Notes under the pieces: model-generated
What the model was told of the DNA's origin: nothing
The model's database searches: none
Seen by the model: only the letters and a program-made list of their open reading frames with translations
Made by a program: the position numbers and the translations under genes
From: Patescibacteria group bacterium
GTDB taxonomy: Bacteria; Patescibacteriota; Microgenomatia; UBA1406; HO2-37-13b
NCBI GenBank assembly: GCA_035289305.1
Contig: DATDXN010000016.1
Coordinates: 18,315 to 82,314 of the forward strand
Length of the DNA stretch: 64,000 nt
Direction: 5' to 3'
In this document: piece after piece, positions 19,391 to 30,390 of the stretch
Position numbering within the stretch: position 1 is the first letter of the stretch
Layout: the number at the start of each line of letters is the position of its first letter

Positions 19391-20479
19391 CTATTCAAGA
19401 AAATCGCGCAGTTTCTTGGCGCGCGTGGGGTGGCGAAGTTTGCGTATTGCTTTTGCCTCAATCTGCCTGATACGCTCTCTCGTGACGCGAAATTCTCTCC
19501 CCACTGCCTCAAGCGTCTTGGGCTTGCCGTCATCCAGCCCAAACCGCATAATAAGCACTTTTTTCTCGCGATCAGAAAGCGTATCAAGCACATCATTGAG
19601 ATAATCCTTCAAAAACTCCCGTGATACTTTATCATAGAGAGTCGGTTTATTCTGGTCGGATAAAAACTCCTCAAGCGTTGTTTCTTTATCATCGCCCACC
19701 GGCGTTGAAAGAGACTTGGGGTGCTGTGATATTTTAATCAAATTTTCAACTTCTTTGACCGAAATCCCGAGCTCTTTTGCAATCTCTTTGGTCGTTGCGT
19801 CTCTTCCCAATTTTTGTGTGAGACGTCGCTGTGTCTTGTAGTACCTGTTGATATGATCGACCATGTGTACCGGAATGCGTATCGTACGCGACTGATCTGC
19901 AATAGCGCGCGTGATCGCCTGCCGTATCCACCATGTCGCATAGGTTGAGAATTTATACCCCCGTCGCCAGTCGTATTTCTCAACCCCCTTGATAAGTCCC
20001 TGGTTGCCTTCTTGAATAAGATCCAAGAAAGACAACCGTCTCCCCAGATATTTTTTGGCAATTGAGACCACTAGTCGAAGATTCGATTTAATGAGTTTCT
20101 CACGAGCTGCCAGATCATCTTTTTCATATCTTTTTGCGAGAGACACTTCTTCCTTAAACGTCAGCAAGGGGTATCTACCGATTTCGCGAAGATACATCTT
20201 GATCGGATCCAAAGACTCGCCTTGTTTGAGCGTGATAATCTGTTTGAGCTCTTTCTCAAGCTCCTCAACTGTCTTTTTACTATCCTCATCCTCTGTTGAA
20301 ACATTTTCAAAAATATCAATATTTTTTTTGATTGCTTTGTCAAAAAGATCATCTATCTCATTAATATGATGCTCTGGATCAGAATACACGAAAAAAATAT
20401 CATCAAGCACTAAAAATCCATTTTCCTCGCCTTGTCTCAAGAGCTCTTTGACGTTCTTGGGAATTTTTTGGATACTCAT
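19391..20479 (-). CDS. rpoD: RNA polymerase sigma factor RpoD (sigma-70)
   Basis: Contains [35 protein letters not shown] and region 4.2. Confidence 0.95.
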   Translation of the reverse strand: MSIQKIPKNVKELLRQGEENGFLVLDDIFFVYSDPEHHINEIDDLFDKAIKKNIDIFENVSTEDEDSKKTVEELEKELKQIITLKQGESLDPIKMYLREIGRYPLLTFKEEVSLAKRYEKDDLAAREKLIKSNLRLVVSIAKKYLGRRLSFLDLIQEGNQGLIKGVEKYDWRRGYKFSTYATWWIRQAITRAIADQSRTIRIPVHMVDHINRYYKTQRRLTQKLGRDATTKEIAKELGISVKEVENLIKISQHPKSLSTPVGDDKETTLEEFLSDQNKPTLYDKVSREFLKDYLNDVLDTLSDREKKVLIMRFGLDDGKPKTLEAVGREFRVTRERIRQIEAKAIRKLRHPTRAKKLRDFLE

Positions 20480-20490
20480 GAGAGTATATT

Positions 20491-22278
20491 CTATATGAGA
20501 GAGAGCTTTTTTTCCACTTGTGATAGTTTGCGAAGGTAATCCTCAAGTCTGACATCGCTTTTTTCGGTTGCTCCTTCCTCCTTCATCATGTCCCTGATCT
20601 TCTTTTTGAGGGACATTCGTTTAAATTCAAGAAGAGGCTTTTCAAAATTTTTTTCCTCTACTTCTTCAAAGATAGCAATATCAAAAAGGACTATTTCATC
20701 AAAAACAGGCACAAGCTCTTTGGGAATGACATGAGCAAAAGCGTTGACAGAAAATGAGACCGGATGATCCTGACTGCAATAATCAAGAAGATGATTGACG
20801 AGTTTCCGATGAGAAGGAAGTGTAAAATCTTCTACATCTAAAACAGTCAGTGTCTTTTTTAGTATATGATCAGGATCTTTATGCTGAAAGATCGCGTGAA
20901 GGATATAGCGAGAAAGAATGTCGCGTCGGGAAATGCTACTGCGCTGTACTGTATGTGCGCTGGGCCGACGCCGCAAGGTAGTTTTTTGTTTTGCAATGGA
21001 CTTTCTGATCAAATCTTCTATCGATCTTTCATTCACCTGAAGAAGAGCGCTCATTTTTTTCAGATAATGTGATTTCACGATGGGATTTCTGATAAGCACA
21101 AGGAAGGGAATAACTTCCTCTGCAATGTTTTTTTTCGAGAACGCGTCTTCAATGCCATATTTTGCAAGCGCAGTTTCGATAACAAAATCATAAATAGCAA
21201 TGGGGCGCTCAATACTTTTCTTAAAAAGCTGTTTATCATGCGCAATTGCTTCATCTGGATCCTTCCCATTTGCAAATCGCGCAACCATTATTTCAAAATC
21301 AAGACTTTCTCCATCGAGTATCGCTTTTTTCGTCGTTGCAATTCCCGAAAAATCTGCATCCAAACATATAATGATTTTATTCGTGTACCGCTTCAGAAGC
21401 ATGAGTTGATCACGCGTCACAGCCGATCCTTTGACCGCAACCACATTGCCAATACCTATCTGAAAACAACTCATCGTATCAAACTCGCCCTCAACCACCA
21501 CAACCATCCCCTCTTTTTTGATCGCATCTTTTGCGATATGGATGCCAAAAAGCGTTTCGCGCTTATGATATATCGGTGTCTCTGGAGTATTGACATATTT
21601 TGCCTCTTTTGTAGGCGCGATCAGTCTCCCTGAAAAACCAACGATGTTTCCCGAGGCTAGAGTCAGCGGAAACATCACTCTCTTTCTGAAGCGATCATAA
21701 TATCGCCCGCCCGCACTTTTGATGACAAGACCTGCATCAACAATTTCCTCATCACGAAAGCCCTTTTTTTTCAAAAATGTGTGGAGCGAATTCCACGACG
21801 AAGGAGCATATCCCAGGCCAAACGTCTCAATGGTTTGTGCTCTTACACTTCGCTGTACTAGATATTGGCGTGCTTTTTCTCCAACCGTATGTTTCGTGAG
21901 TAAAAAGTGATAAAATTCTTGAGCAAGATGGTTGGCCGCAAGGAGTCGCTCTTTCTTTTTCCACTCCTTATCTTCAAACGACATACCTTCAAGCGATACG
22001 CCTGTTTTCTCGGCAAGTTCTCTTAAGATTTCGAAAAAAGGTCGTGCCTCCCATTTCATCAGAAACGCGATCACGTCCCCACCTGTTTGACACGCGCCAA
22101 AACATCTCCACGATTGCCGGTCGGGCGATATGATAAACGAAGGAGTCTTTTCCTGATGAAAAGGACACAAAGCTTTGAAGTTCCGTCCCGCTTTTTTAAG
22201 AGTGATACATGACCCGATGATATCAACAATATCCACTCTTCTTTTTACCTCATCAACAACGGTATCCATACACCTCAC
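20491..22278 (-). CDS. dnaG: DNA primase
   Basis: Zinc-binding [11 protein letters not shown]...[13 protein letters not shown], a TOPRIM region (EGEFD) and an N-terminal RVDIVDIIG. Confidence 0.93.
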   Translation of the reverse strand: MRCMDTVVDEVKRRVDIVDIIGSCITLKKAGRNFKALCPFHQEKTPSFIISPDRQSWRCFGACQTGGDVIAFLMKWEARPFFEILRELAEKTGVSLEGMSFEDKEWKKKERLLAANHLAQEFYHFLLTKHTVGEKARQYLVQRSVRAQTIETFGLGYAPSSWNSLHTFLKKKGFRDEEIVDAGLVIKSAGGRYYDRFRKRVMFPLTLASGNIVGFSGRLIAPTKEAKYVNTPETPIYHKRETLFGIHIAKDAIKKEGMVVVVEGEFDTMSCFQIGIGNVVAVKGSAVTRDQLMLLKRYTNKIIICLDADFSGIATTKKAILDGESLDFEIMVARFANGKDPDEAIAHDKQLFKKSIERPIAIYDFVIETALAKYGIEDAFSKKNIAEEVIPFLVLIRNPIVKSHYLKKMSALLQVNERSIEDLIRKSIAKQKTTLRRRPSAHTVQRSSISRRDILSRYILHAIFQHKDPDHILKKTLTVLDVEDFTLPSHRKLVNHLLDYCSQDHPVSFSVNAFAHVIPKELVPVFDEIVLFDIAIFEEVEEKNFEKPLLEFKRMSLKKKIRDMMKEEGATEKSDVRLEDYLRKLSQVEKKLSLI

Positions 22279-22994
22279 TATTCTATACTATTATCACTCC
22301 TACTCTTTCTGAAAAAATCAAGATGTTCTTTAAATGTTGAAAAAACATTGCGCCAGGTAAAAAATGCAGACCGACCGAAGATGCGGGGATAGTGATGTAC
22401 AGGAACTTCTGCAAATCGAGCGCCTCTCTTCTCCAAGTTTTTAATCAATTCGACGCAAATAAGTCCTGATGAAGCAGTCAACGTGATTTCTTTTAGGAGC
22501 GACCTCCGTATCAATCTGAAATCACAATCTATATCAGCAATTGGGAGATTATACATCTTATGAACCGTCCAATTATAGACTGTTCCAATAATCTTTCGTA
22601 TCCACCTGTCTTTTCGCTCTGCTTTATATCCGTTTACCACATCTATATGAGAGGTCGCTTTTTTCACCAGTTCTTTTAGTTCGCATGAATCATATTGTCC
22701 ATCTCCATCAGTATAAAACACCCATTCTTTCGTGGCTGATGAAAAACCAGACTGAAGCGCGCCGCCATATCCCTTGTTTTTTTCGTGGCGTATGACTTTG
22801 AGCGATGGAAAATATCGCGACAGAAGAGAAGCTACCTCATATGTATCATCACACGATCCATCATCTACGATAATGACTTCAAATTCATTTGTGACAATAG
22901 GAAGAATACTATACATTTTCACGATCAAATACGGCAAAATTTTGGCATCGTTGAAGGCCGGAAAAAATACTGAAATACTGTTAATTTTTCTCAT
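22278..22994 (-). CDS. Family 2 glycosyltransferase (polyprenol-phosphate sugar synthase / DPM1-like)
   Basis: Contains VIIVDDGSCDDT, HEKNKGYGGALQSGF and a DGDGQ DxD-like motif. Confidence 0.8.
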   Translation of the reverse strand: MRKINSISVFFPAFNDAKILPYLIVKMYSILPIVTNEFEVIIVDDGSCDDTYEVASLLSRYFPSLKVIRHEKNKGYGGALQSGFSSATKEWVFYTDGDGQYDSCELKELVKKATSHIDVVNGYKAERKDRWIRKIIGTVYNWTVHKMYNLPIADIDCDFRLIRRSLLKEITLTASSGLICVELIKNLEKRGARFAEVPVHHYPRIFGRSAFFTWRNVFSTFKEHLDFFRKSRSDNSIE

Positions 22995-24111
22995 AAAACA
23001 TGTGTATAGTCTCTGCGATATATTCTATATCATGCCGCCTCAAGAAAGCGTGAAAAGGTAGACTAATAATCTCTTTTGCCAATCCTTCAGCACAAGGAAA
23101 ATCTCCCTTTTTAAATCCTAAATGGGAAAATGCAGGGACTAAATGGACAGGATACGGATAGTGAATCAAACTTTCTATGTGATATTTTTTTAAAAACGCT
23201 TGAAGCTTATCTCTTTTTTGTGCACGCACTACCATCAAATGATATGAAGGAGTAGACGGTACGGAAGTAGAAAGAAATGTCATATATGACAATAATTTTT
23301 TTCGTCTAAAAGTTTGACGATAGATCAAAGCTATTTTTTTCTTTTTTTCAAGTTCGCGGCCAAAACGCGCAAGATACAAAGAAATCACTCCTGCCTGTGT
23401 CTCTGGTAATCTACTATGACCGGAAATGAAAAGACTCTTGTAGCGAATCTCCTCACCGTATGATCGGGCTTGCGTGAAAAACTGGTGGTATTTTGTATTT
23501 CGAGTCCAAACAGCTCCTCCATCTCCAATGGTACCTACATTTTTGGTCGGATAAAATGAAAAACAACTGATATCTCCCCACGTTCCCACGGTGCGCCCTT
23601 TAAAGAGCGCACCAAGCGATTGAGCACAATCTTCTATAAGCACGAGTTTGTTTTTCCGTGTAAGTGCATGTATTTTTTCTATATCACCAATTAAACCATA
23701 GAGATGAACTATAATAATAGCCTTCGTACGGTTTGTTATTTTCTTTTCTACTTCTTTTGGATTGATTTGACCGTTTTTATCAACATCAACCGGGACTGGA
23801 CGAGCACCAGAAAGCACCACAGGAAAAGCAGTCGGATAGCTATTGACGGGAAACATCACCTCATCGCGTGGGGAAAGACGAAGTGACTGAAGTGCAAGAA
23901 GAAGAGCATCATGTCCTGATGCAACAGTTTTTATGTATCCGCCTCCCAAAAGAGAACACAGTTTTTCTTCAAGACGCGAATTTTGCTCCCCATGCAAGAA
24001 AATTCCCTCATCAAGCACATACGAAATCATCCGTATGATATTTCTTTTGTCTTGCCGTGCGCGTTCTTTTACATCGGTGAAAGAGATATGGCGTTGCTGT
24101 ATGCCTTTCAT
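22981..24111 (-). CDS. DegT/DnrJ/EryC1/StrS-family PLP-dependent sugar aminotransferase
   Basis: The 376-aa ORF has a FSFYPTKN lysine motif and EDCAQSLGA. Confidence 0.85.
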   Translation of the reverse strand: MKGIQQRHISFTDVKERARQDKRNIIRMISYVLDEGIFLHGEQNSRLEEKLCSLLGGGYIKTVASGHDALLLALQSLRLSPRDEVMFPVNSYPTAFPVVLSGARPVPVDVDKNGQINPKEVEKKITNRTKAIIIVHLYGLIGDIEKIHALTRKNKLVLIEDCAQSLGALFKGRTVGTWGDISCFSFYPTKNVGTIGDGGAVWTRNTKYHQFFTQARSYGEEIRYKSLFISGHSRLPETQAGVISLYLARFGRELEKKKKIALIYRQTFRRKKLLSYMTFLSTSVPSTPSYHLMVVRAQKRDKLQAFLKKYHIESLIHYPYPVHLVPAFSHLGFKKGDFPCAEGLAKEIISLPFHAFLRRHDIEYIAETIHMFYEKN

Positions 24112-24129
24112 CCTCTTTGTTTGTAGAGT

Positions 24130-24684
24130 TTAATCCTTCATTGGGGTCCAAAAATCAGCCCCGAGTATATCCCAACGTATTCTTTTCTCGTCTGGATCAT
24201 GAATATTAAAATGTTTATTGACAAAATACATAAGCTCTACTGGCTCTTTTGAAAAATTGCATGATCCGTGAGCTACTCCTTTTGGAATAAACAAGAGCTG
24301 TGAATATCCTCCACCAAGTAAGATGCGCATTTTTTTGCCCCTTGTGGGCGATGATTTTCGGACATCCCAAAGGCCGGCAAAAAGGAAACTAGACGGAGGA
24401 ACATGCCACAGTTCATCCTGTTTGAAATGAAGATGCCAGGCCTTGATTGAACTTGGATTAAGTTTTGTTCTATTGACTTGCGCAATCTGAAAACCCGGCA
24501 TTTGAGAGATCTGTCCTTTTTCATCGAGCCGCACTAATTCGCAAAAATCTCCCTCTTCTCCAATAATATTTTTGAGAGAAAAAATTTCAACTCCGTGAAT
24601 AGTATCTTTTTTTGAGTAATCCTGTATATACACATCATGGATTACTGCTTCGTCAATATCTTTGATGGATAAATCTGGTGTCAT
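24130..24684 (-). CDS. RmlC-like cupin (dTDP-4-dehydrorhamnose 3,5-epimerase family sugar epimerase/isomerase)
   Basis: The 184-aa ORF has a WHLHFKQDELWHV His pair and an RmlC-like fold pattern. Confidence 0.7.
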   Translation of the reverse strand: MTPDLSIKDIDEAVIHDVYIQDYSKKDTIHGVEIFSLKNIIGEEGDFCELVRLDEKGQISQMPGFQIAQVNRTKLNPSSIKAWHLHFKQDELWHVPPSSFLFAGLWDVRKSSPTRGKKMRILLGGGYSQLLFIPKGVAHGSCNFSKEPVELMYFVNKHFNIHDPDEKRIRWDILGADFWTPMKD

Positions 24685-24740
24685 TTTTTATATTGATAGA
24701 AATAAATAATATGAAACATTGTACCATGGGCAAATACCTC

Positions 24741-24769
24741 TTGACAAGGGTTTTTTATTTTGTTACTGT
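24741..24769 (+). promoter_or_regulatory. Candidate promoter for the major pilin gene
   Basis: TTGACA (24741-24746), a 17-nt spacer, then TACTGT (24764-24769). It lies 40 nt upstream of the ATG. Confidence 0.3.
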
Positions 24770-24809
24770 AAAAATTAGTTATTACATTTTTACTATTTTT
24801 TAAACCATT

Positions 24810-25277
24810 ATGAAATCAACAAAATCAAAAGGTTTTACCCTGATCGAACTGTTGGTAGTGATAGGAATTCTCGCGGTTCTTTTAGCAATTACGTTGATTG
24901 CCATCAATCCCGCACGTCAATTCTCCCAATCAAATAATACCAAAAGGAGAAGTGATGTAAATGCAGTACTCAATGCCATCAATCAATATATGGCAGATAA
25001 TAAAGGAACACTTCCTACTGGAATTGATGCAACGCTTCGAACTATAACCAACGATCCTGTTAATCCCGCAGGCGTTGATCTGTGTACAACATTGGTCACA
25101 CAATACATTGCAGCATTGCCGGTTGACCCATTGACAAATAATGGCACACCAGTCAGCAATTGTGCTGCAGGTACCTATGATACAAATTACACAGTCCAAA
25201 GAAGCGCTGCTGACAATAGAATTACCATACGAGCGCCAGCTGCTGAACTTGGAGAAGTCATTGAAGTAACTCGATAA
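24810..25277 (+). CDS. Type IV (major) pilin with a prepilin N-terminal methylation motif
   Basis: MKSTKSKG|FTLIELLVVIGILAV matches the G-F-T-L-I-E class III signal. Confidence 0.9.
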   Translation: MKSTKSKGFTLIELLVVIGILAVLLAITLIAINPARQFSQSNNTKRRSDVNAVLNAINQYMADNKGTLPTGIDATLRTITNDPVNPAGVDLCTTLVTQYIAALPVDPLTNNGTPVSNCAAGTYDTNYTVQRSAADNRITIRAPAAELGEVIEVTR

Positions 25278-25292
25278 ACGCACATTACTAAA

Positions 25293-25324
25293 CCTCCCCC
25301 ACTTTTTTGGGGGAGGTTTTTTTT
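25293..25324. terminator. Rho-independent terminator shared by the convergent pilin gene and the 25326 gene
   Basis: CCTCCCCCA-CTTTTT-TGGGGGAGG, a 9-bp stem, followed by T8 at 25317-25324. Confidence 0.8.
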
Positions 25325-25325
25325 A

Positions 25326-26030
25326 TTACAGTACGATCATAATGATCAATATGATGACAAGAACCGCAAATACCCCGACAAAAAGATATAGTCGGCGTTT
25401 CCCACGTTTTTGAAGAGAAGGATTTTTATTATTATTGTTTTGCACTTCTTTTTTTTGAGATATAACCTCTTCTTCAAGGAGACTGTACTGACGAAACGAG
25501 TCACTATTTTTGAGGATCCATCGTGCCGCGTCAGTAGTCATTCCTTGTGCAAATAAAACGCCTCCTACAAAATCAGGAATGATTAATTTTATTGGAAAAC
25601 CGTGTTTCACCAATATATCTTTCACTGGTTCGTAAAAATCCTTGTTTACTCCGATTACTTTCATTATTTTTTCCAACCGAAACATTTTTTTCATCACATT
25701 TTTGAAAGGAATTGCATCAAGGAAATATTGTATGCTGGACACTATATTTTCCTTTTGTTCCTCCACAGAAAAGTCTTTTTCGAACACGGCGTTTCTTGAA
25801 ATTACCATAATACTATGAAGAGGTGTGAGTGCATTCACCTGGATAAAAGTGGATATCAACGTGTTTAATTTTTGTATATCAATAATTTCCAAGTCGCGTA
25901 CGCTATCTTGCGGAAACTCACAAGAAGGTATCGCGACTTTATTATCCGAATAAAAACTTAGTTTATTTTGATCGAGGTAAAATACCCCTCCTGCCTTTTG
26001 AAATACCATAGCTACGGCACCTCCCTCCAC
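25326..26030 (-). CDS. Hypothetical pilus-locus protein with a C-terminal transmembrane anchor
   Basis: The 234-aa ORF has a hydrophobic C-terminus LYLFVGVFAVLVIILIIMIVL. No family assigned. Confidence 0.5.
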   Translation of the reverse strand: MEGGAVAMVFQKAGGVFYLDQNKLSFYSDNKVAIPSCEFPQDSVRDLEIIDIQKLNTLISTFIQVNALTPLHSIMVISRNAVFEKDFSVEEQKENIVSSIQYFLDAIPFKNVMKKMFRLEKIMKVIGVNKDFYEPVKDILVKHGFPIKLIIPDFVGGVLFAQGMTTDAARWILKNSDSFRQYSLLEEEVISQKKEVQNNNNKNPSLQKRGKRRLYLFVGVFAVLVIILIIMIVL

Positions 26031-26404
26031 GAAATAATTGTTAGTATGTTATTATTATAACTTACCACAATCTCAATGTATCTTACAAAGTTCCCGCTTG
26101 TTCCCTTTGAAAGAATGGTCTTCGGATCCCCTGCCGAAACGGTAATTTCGGCTATTCCCCCCTCAAGACTTACTGTTTCACCCGTATAAGAAGGATTGCG
26201 CAAAAGCCGCAAGATTGCATTTTCTCCTCCTGCCTCGGCCAGGTAAAAAGCTCGTGTTCCTTCTTGCAATTTGGTTGTGCTTGAAGCATTTACAACCATA
26301 AGAATGACTGCAGCTGATGTGATAACAAGTGTAATGCTTGCAAAAACTAAAAGTAGCACGAGACTCTGGCCTTTTTGGAAAAATAGTCTACTTTTTCTTT
26401 TCAT
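26012..26404 (-). CDS. Pilin-like protein (atypical prepilin N-terminus; PilX-like?)
   Basis: MKRKSRLFFQKGQSLVLLLVFASITLV has an N-terminal TM helix after a Gly but lacks Glu at +5. Confidence 0.45.
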   Translation of the reverse strand: MKRKSRLFFQKGQSLVLLLVFASITLVITSAAVILMVVNASSTTKLQEGTRAFYLAEAGGENAILRLLRNPSYTGETVSLEGGIAEITVSAGDPKTILSKGTSGNFVRYIEIVVSYNNNILTIISWREVP

Positions 26405-26898
26405 CGCGTACTCACCGTCATGGTGAAATTTTGGACACGCGGTCCGTGTTTAACTACCGTAACACTCTCAATAGTAAAATTTACTCGTATTGTGTTCTTG
26501 CCTCCACTGTTTCCAATTCTTTTGAATGTAAGATTAGTTAAACGAGTATTAACACTATTTAGTTGATTTGTCCCATTATTGTTTATTATCACGAGATTCC
26601 CACCCTGCAACTGGTATGTGTTATCTACACCAGAAAGTACTATAGCCATAGTACTGTCTGATGAACCCAGTGCTGGAGAAATAATAGCCTCGCTTCTCTC
26701 TATGTCGTACATGAGACGAGTCAAAATGAAACGCCCATCTATAGACACGGCAGACGTCGTCTCTGCCTCAAGACGAGTTTCAAGCGATGTAACAAATATG
26801 TTGGTTAAAATAATAAAAAAAACAGAGAGAAAAAGCATATAGATAATAAGTTCAACGATTGTTGTCCCTTTGTTCGTTGTTGCAAACTGTATGTTCAT
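26401..26898 (-). CDS. Minor pilin / pseudopilin
   Basis: TNKG|TTIVELIIYMLFL is a prepilin motif with E at +5. Confidence 0.75.
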   Translation of the reverse strand: MNIQFATTNKGTTIVELIIYMLFLSVFFIILTNIFVTSLETRLEAETTSAVSIDGRFILTRLMYDIERSEAIISPALGSSDSTMAIVLSGVDNTYQLQGGNLVIINNNGTNQLNSVNTRLTNLTFKRIGNSGGKNTIRVNFTIESVTVVKHGPRVQNFTMTVSTR

Positions 26899-28805
26899 GG
26901 TGAATAGTTAACGGTAATTTCGTGAAAAATGGGAGAGGAAGTCGTATCGATTGAGGAAAGATATGCTTTGTATCTGAAGCATTGACCCGGATTTTCAAAT
27001 CCTGAACCATCATCATCAAGAGGTATGGGCGAGGAACCAGTGAAAAAACTTGTCGAAGTCCCGTCAGGCCCTACATAGATAAAATTCGCCCCGCTGCATC
27101 CTCCCCCACTTGGGTCAGCAACAGCCATTTGATACTGAATCTGTGTTCCGGGGGGCATGTTTTCGATAGTCACAAATCTATTAAAAGCCGTCATGTAGCC
27201 CGAATCAAAAATACTTGATTCAAAAGTACCCGAGTCTGTGTATAATCCTCCTGGACCCCCTTCAATAATTCTTAACTCCTGTGTAGCGTCACCAGTTATG
27301 ATGTATGAATATGCATCTCCATCCATCTCAAGCACCGTATCTACCCCACGTATACCTGACGCAATGGATATTCCTCCACAATGAACAGGATTTGATTCAT
27401 TGCTAATATCAAGCACCAGATAATTCTCTCCACCATCTCCAACAATAACAACGCGATTACCTGTGGTCACTGCAACATCTTGAGGAGTAGTCATATTATT
27501 TATTATATAAATGCCCTGTATGCCATATGTTGCCAAGTCAAGAATATAAAATTGCCCTCCCGCAGTTGGATACTGTTGATTGATAATATATAGCCGTGTT
27601 CCAGTCGAGTTAATGGCTAACCCCTTCCCTCTTCCTGCTAAATTAAGGTTTAGTATCAATGTAAGATTGGCAGGATTGCTCACGTCTATAATCTGAAGAT
27701 CAACAATATTTCCATATACCGGTATATATGCTTTGCCATTTGCAACCACTATAGATTCCGACGCCGCCTGATAACTCAATGTAAAACCATCGCTGTCCAG
27801 GAGTGGACGCGATCCATTTTTACTCGTCAGATCAAAATTCCATAATGTATTTCCCTGCACCATATATCCTATATTCCCTGAAACGGTCACGTTGATCGCA
27901 TCGGTAGGTCCCGGCGCATCAAAATACCCAACCTCTGTATATGGCGATGTTGAAACGTCAATAATGACAATTTCTTTTGCATTATTATCTGTTGCAAGAT
28001 ATACATAATTTGATTGACTAAAAATATCATTTGTTTTATATCCGTCAAAAGTACCAATAATCGTCGGTACGGGAGGATTGGTATTGCTCACCGCCACGTT
28101 TGCAAACGAAACGCCTGAAGAATTATCTCCTGTTGCGGCAAATACATGGCCCTCATAGGCCGATAGCGCATTTGCCACACCATTTTTTGGCAAATCCAAC
28201 ATCACCAGAGATGGGTCGGGCTGACACCAGTCTCCCCCACCTCCTGCTCCCAATATCACTTCTCCCCCTGCGGTATTTGTCACGGCTACACCAGTTTTCA
28301 CCCCAGCATTGAAATCCGCTTCAGTCGTTTGAATAAAAGAAAGATTTTCAAAACGAGAAACATAGGTAACCTGATCAATGGAGGATGCAAATGGCAAGGA
28401 CCATGAAACGATCACTCGAACTCGTTTGGTTGATGGATCAAGCGCCCCTGAAGTGAGTGTAATTGCTCCACTTGCATCCCGATACACATCGCTTATTTCT
28501 ATCTGACGGATATATCCATTGATTGTCTCTGTCCCCGTCATCAAAACCCATGAGAAATCTGCCGATTCCTCCGGATGAAATGTTCCATTGATGGCAAAAG
28601 TGCTCCAGCCTTTTTCCCGCACGCTTCGGACTGCCTCAAATGCTTCCTTGGTCAAAGCAGTCGCTTCAAGCCTTTGAAATTGTTGGGCTTTTCCTTCCCG
28701 TGATGCAATAAAACCGGCAAAAAGCGCCGGCAGAATAATCGCTGAAATCCCGATAACAATAATAATCTCAATGAGCGACTGGCCGCGATGATACAATACC
28801 TGCAT
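26895..28805 (-). CDS. Large prepilin-type protein (636 aa) with LVIVD-like beta-propeller repeats; candidate pilus tip or adhesin subunit
   Basis: HRG|QSLIEIIIVIGI prepilin signal. It contains repeated blocks (VYLATDNNAKEIVIIDVS, LYIINQQ...FYILDL, VVIVGDGGENYLVLDIS) and Gly-rich stretches. Confidence 0.7.
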   Translation of the reverse strand: MQVLYHRGQSLIEIIIVIGISAIILPALFAGFIASREGKAQQFQRLEATALTKEAFEAVRSVREKGWSTFAINGTFHPEESADFSWVLMTGTETINGYIRQIEISDVYRDASGAITLTSGALDPSTKRVRVIVSWSLPFASSIDQVTYVSRFENLSFIQTTEADFNAGVKTGVAVTNTAGGEVILGAGGGGDWCQPDPSLVMLDLPKNGVANALSAYEGHVFAATGDNSSGVSFANVAVSNTNPPVPTIIGTFDGYKTNDIFSQSNYVYLATDNNAKEIVIIDVSTSPYTEVGYFDAPGPTDAINVTVSGNIGYMVQGNTLWNFDLTSKNGSRPLLDSDGFTLSYQAASESIVVANGKAYIPVYGNIVDLQIIDVSNPANLTLILNLNLAGRGKGLAINSTGTRLYIINQQYPTAGGQFYILDLATYGIQGIYIINNMTTPQDVAVTTGNRVVIVGDGGENYLVLDISNESNPVHCGGISIASGIRGVDTVLEMDGDAYSYIITGDATQELRIIEGGPGGLYTDSGTFESSIFDSGYMTAFNRFVTIENMPPGTQIQYQMAVADPSGGGCSGANFIYVGPDGTSTSFFTGSSPIPLDDDGSGFENPGQCFRYKAYLSSIDTTSSPIFHEITVNYSP

Positions 28806-28814
28806 AGCTTTTGA

Positions 28815-29309
28815 TTAGTTTAGTCCATACAACGATCCATAACGATTAAAATAAAACGTTTTTCTTTCATTACTTCCCATATACTCAAGTGTGAAAAAAT
28901 TGGAAGCAGGATCAAAGTTTTGCACCTCTCCCGAGAGCTTTCCAAAAGTGACAAATGAATTTGCAAAACCAATGGCTGAAAATTGCATCTGCGGGGATAA
29001 ATCAATACGAATATTTGAAGGTTCCATTGGATCGTATGTTGCGCCATGAAAAAGCGTATATCTTCCTTGTTCAAAATTTACTCCATAATCAGATGTCGAA
29101 CCTCTCCCTTCTGCATCCCCTACCATTGCCTTGATTTGTTGTTGTTTGATGTCGGCAATCAAAGTTTCTGTGGTTGTTGCAAATGTTGTTTTACCAAAAA
29201 GATTTGAAGTATTGATCGTCGAGACAGAGAGCAAAACTCCAATAATACTCAACACAATAATAAGCTCCAGAAAAGTTATCCCCTGCTGGTTTTTTCTTAT
29301 ATCACTCAT
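28815..29309 (-). CDS. Minor pilin / pseudopilin (GspH/FimT-like)
   Basis: NQQG|ITFLELIIVLSIIGVL is a prepilin motif. Confidence 0.75.
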   Translation of the reverse strand: MSDIRKNQQGITFLELIIVLSIIGVLLSVSTINTSNLFGKTTFATTTETLIADIKQQQIKAMVGDAEGRGSTSDYGVNFEQGRYTLFHGATYDPMEPSNIRIDLSPQMQFSAIGFANSFVTFGKLSGEVQNFDPASNFFTLEYMGSNERKTFYFNRYGSLYGLN

Positions 29310-29334
29310 TGCCTAAAAACACCTCTTAAGATTT

Positions 29335-30384
29335 TCATCGTGATCCTATATTGCCTATCAAATTATAAATTGGGCCGATAATTGAAAACATCATACTTCC
29401 CACCAAAACCCCGACCACAATGAGCATAATAGGTTCAAGCAAGGTAGTAATTGTTTGAAGTGTTTTTGCTACTTGATAGTCAAGATATAAAGAAACGTCT
29501 TGCATTGATTTGTCGAGAGTCCCGCTTTTTTCGCCTGCTTCGGTAATTTTAACCATCATACTTGGAATAATTCTCCCATGCATTTTAAAACCTTCTGAAA
29601 GTCTTTTTCCTCCAAGCACCATTTCTCTTGATTTACTAATCGCTTTTGCTATTTCTTTTTTCACCACCACATCTTGAGTGAGTTCAAGCGCTGTCGTGAT
29701 AGGAACACCTGATGACAGTAAGAGGAAGAGGCTCCGAGTAAAGCGTGTCAGATCTATTTGCTTTACCAGAAGAGAGATAAATGGGAGTTGAGAAAGGAAA
29801 GAAAAAAGTATTCTTTTCTTTTTGGCATACATATAAAAAAGGAAGATAACGATCAAAAGCGTGCATATGCCGGAAACAATTGGATGTTTGACGAGGATAT
29901 CCGAGATAAAAACTAAAATTCTTGTGGGAAGAGGAAGAGGTATTCTTAAGCGACTGAATACGATAAAAATCCGCGGTATCACAAATACCAGGATGACTAA
30001 AAGAACAGCCGCAAAGACAAGGAATATGAGTGCCGGATATATAAGCGCTGATCTAATTTTATCGTTAAATTCTATCTCTTTTTTGATATTTTCCCGCAGA
30101 TCTTTTAAAACCACTTCAAACGTTCCCCCTTCTTCTGCTGCTTTTAAAATGTTGGTGGTAACTTTATCAAAAACATGGGGAAATTTAGAAAAAGAAATAT
30201 ATACATGTTTCCCCTGCATCAAATCTTCTCTCACGGTTTCCAGAATCTTCTTTTGATTACCTTTTGCATCAATAAGCAACGCATCTACAGCTTCAAGAAT
30301 AGGAATACCAGCGATAAGCATCGTTGCAAAATTGCTGATGAGTGTCAGTTTGTCACTTGATGATAACGTAATAGTTTTGAACAT
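29335..30384 (-). CDS. pilC: Type IV pilus / type II secretion platform protein (GspF/PilC family)
   Basis: The 349-aa ORF has tandem T2SS-F domains and several TM segments. Confidence 0.85.
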   Translation of the reverse strand: MFKTITLSSSDKLTLISNFATMLIAGIPILEAVDALLIDAKGNQKKILETVREDLMQGKHVYISFSKFPHVFDKVTTNILKAAEEGGTFEVVLKDLRENIKKEIEFNDKIRSALIYPALIFLVFAAVLLVILVFVIPRIFIVFSRLRIPLPLPTRILVFISDILVKHPIVSGICTLLIVIFLFYMYAKKKRILFSFLSQLPFISLLVKQIDLTRFTRSLFLLLSSGVPITTALELTQDVVVKKEIAKAISKSREMVLGGKRLSEGFKMHGRIIPSMMVKITEAGEKSGTLDKSMQDVSLYLDYQVAKTLQTITTLLEPIMLIVVGVLVGSMMFSIIGPIYNLIGNIGSR

Positions 30385-30390
30385 AGATGG

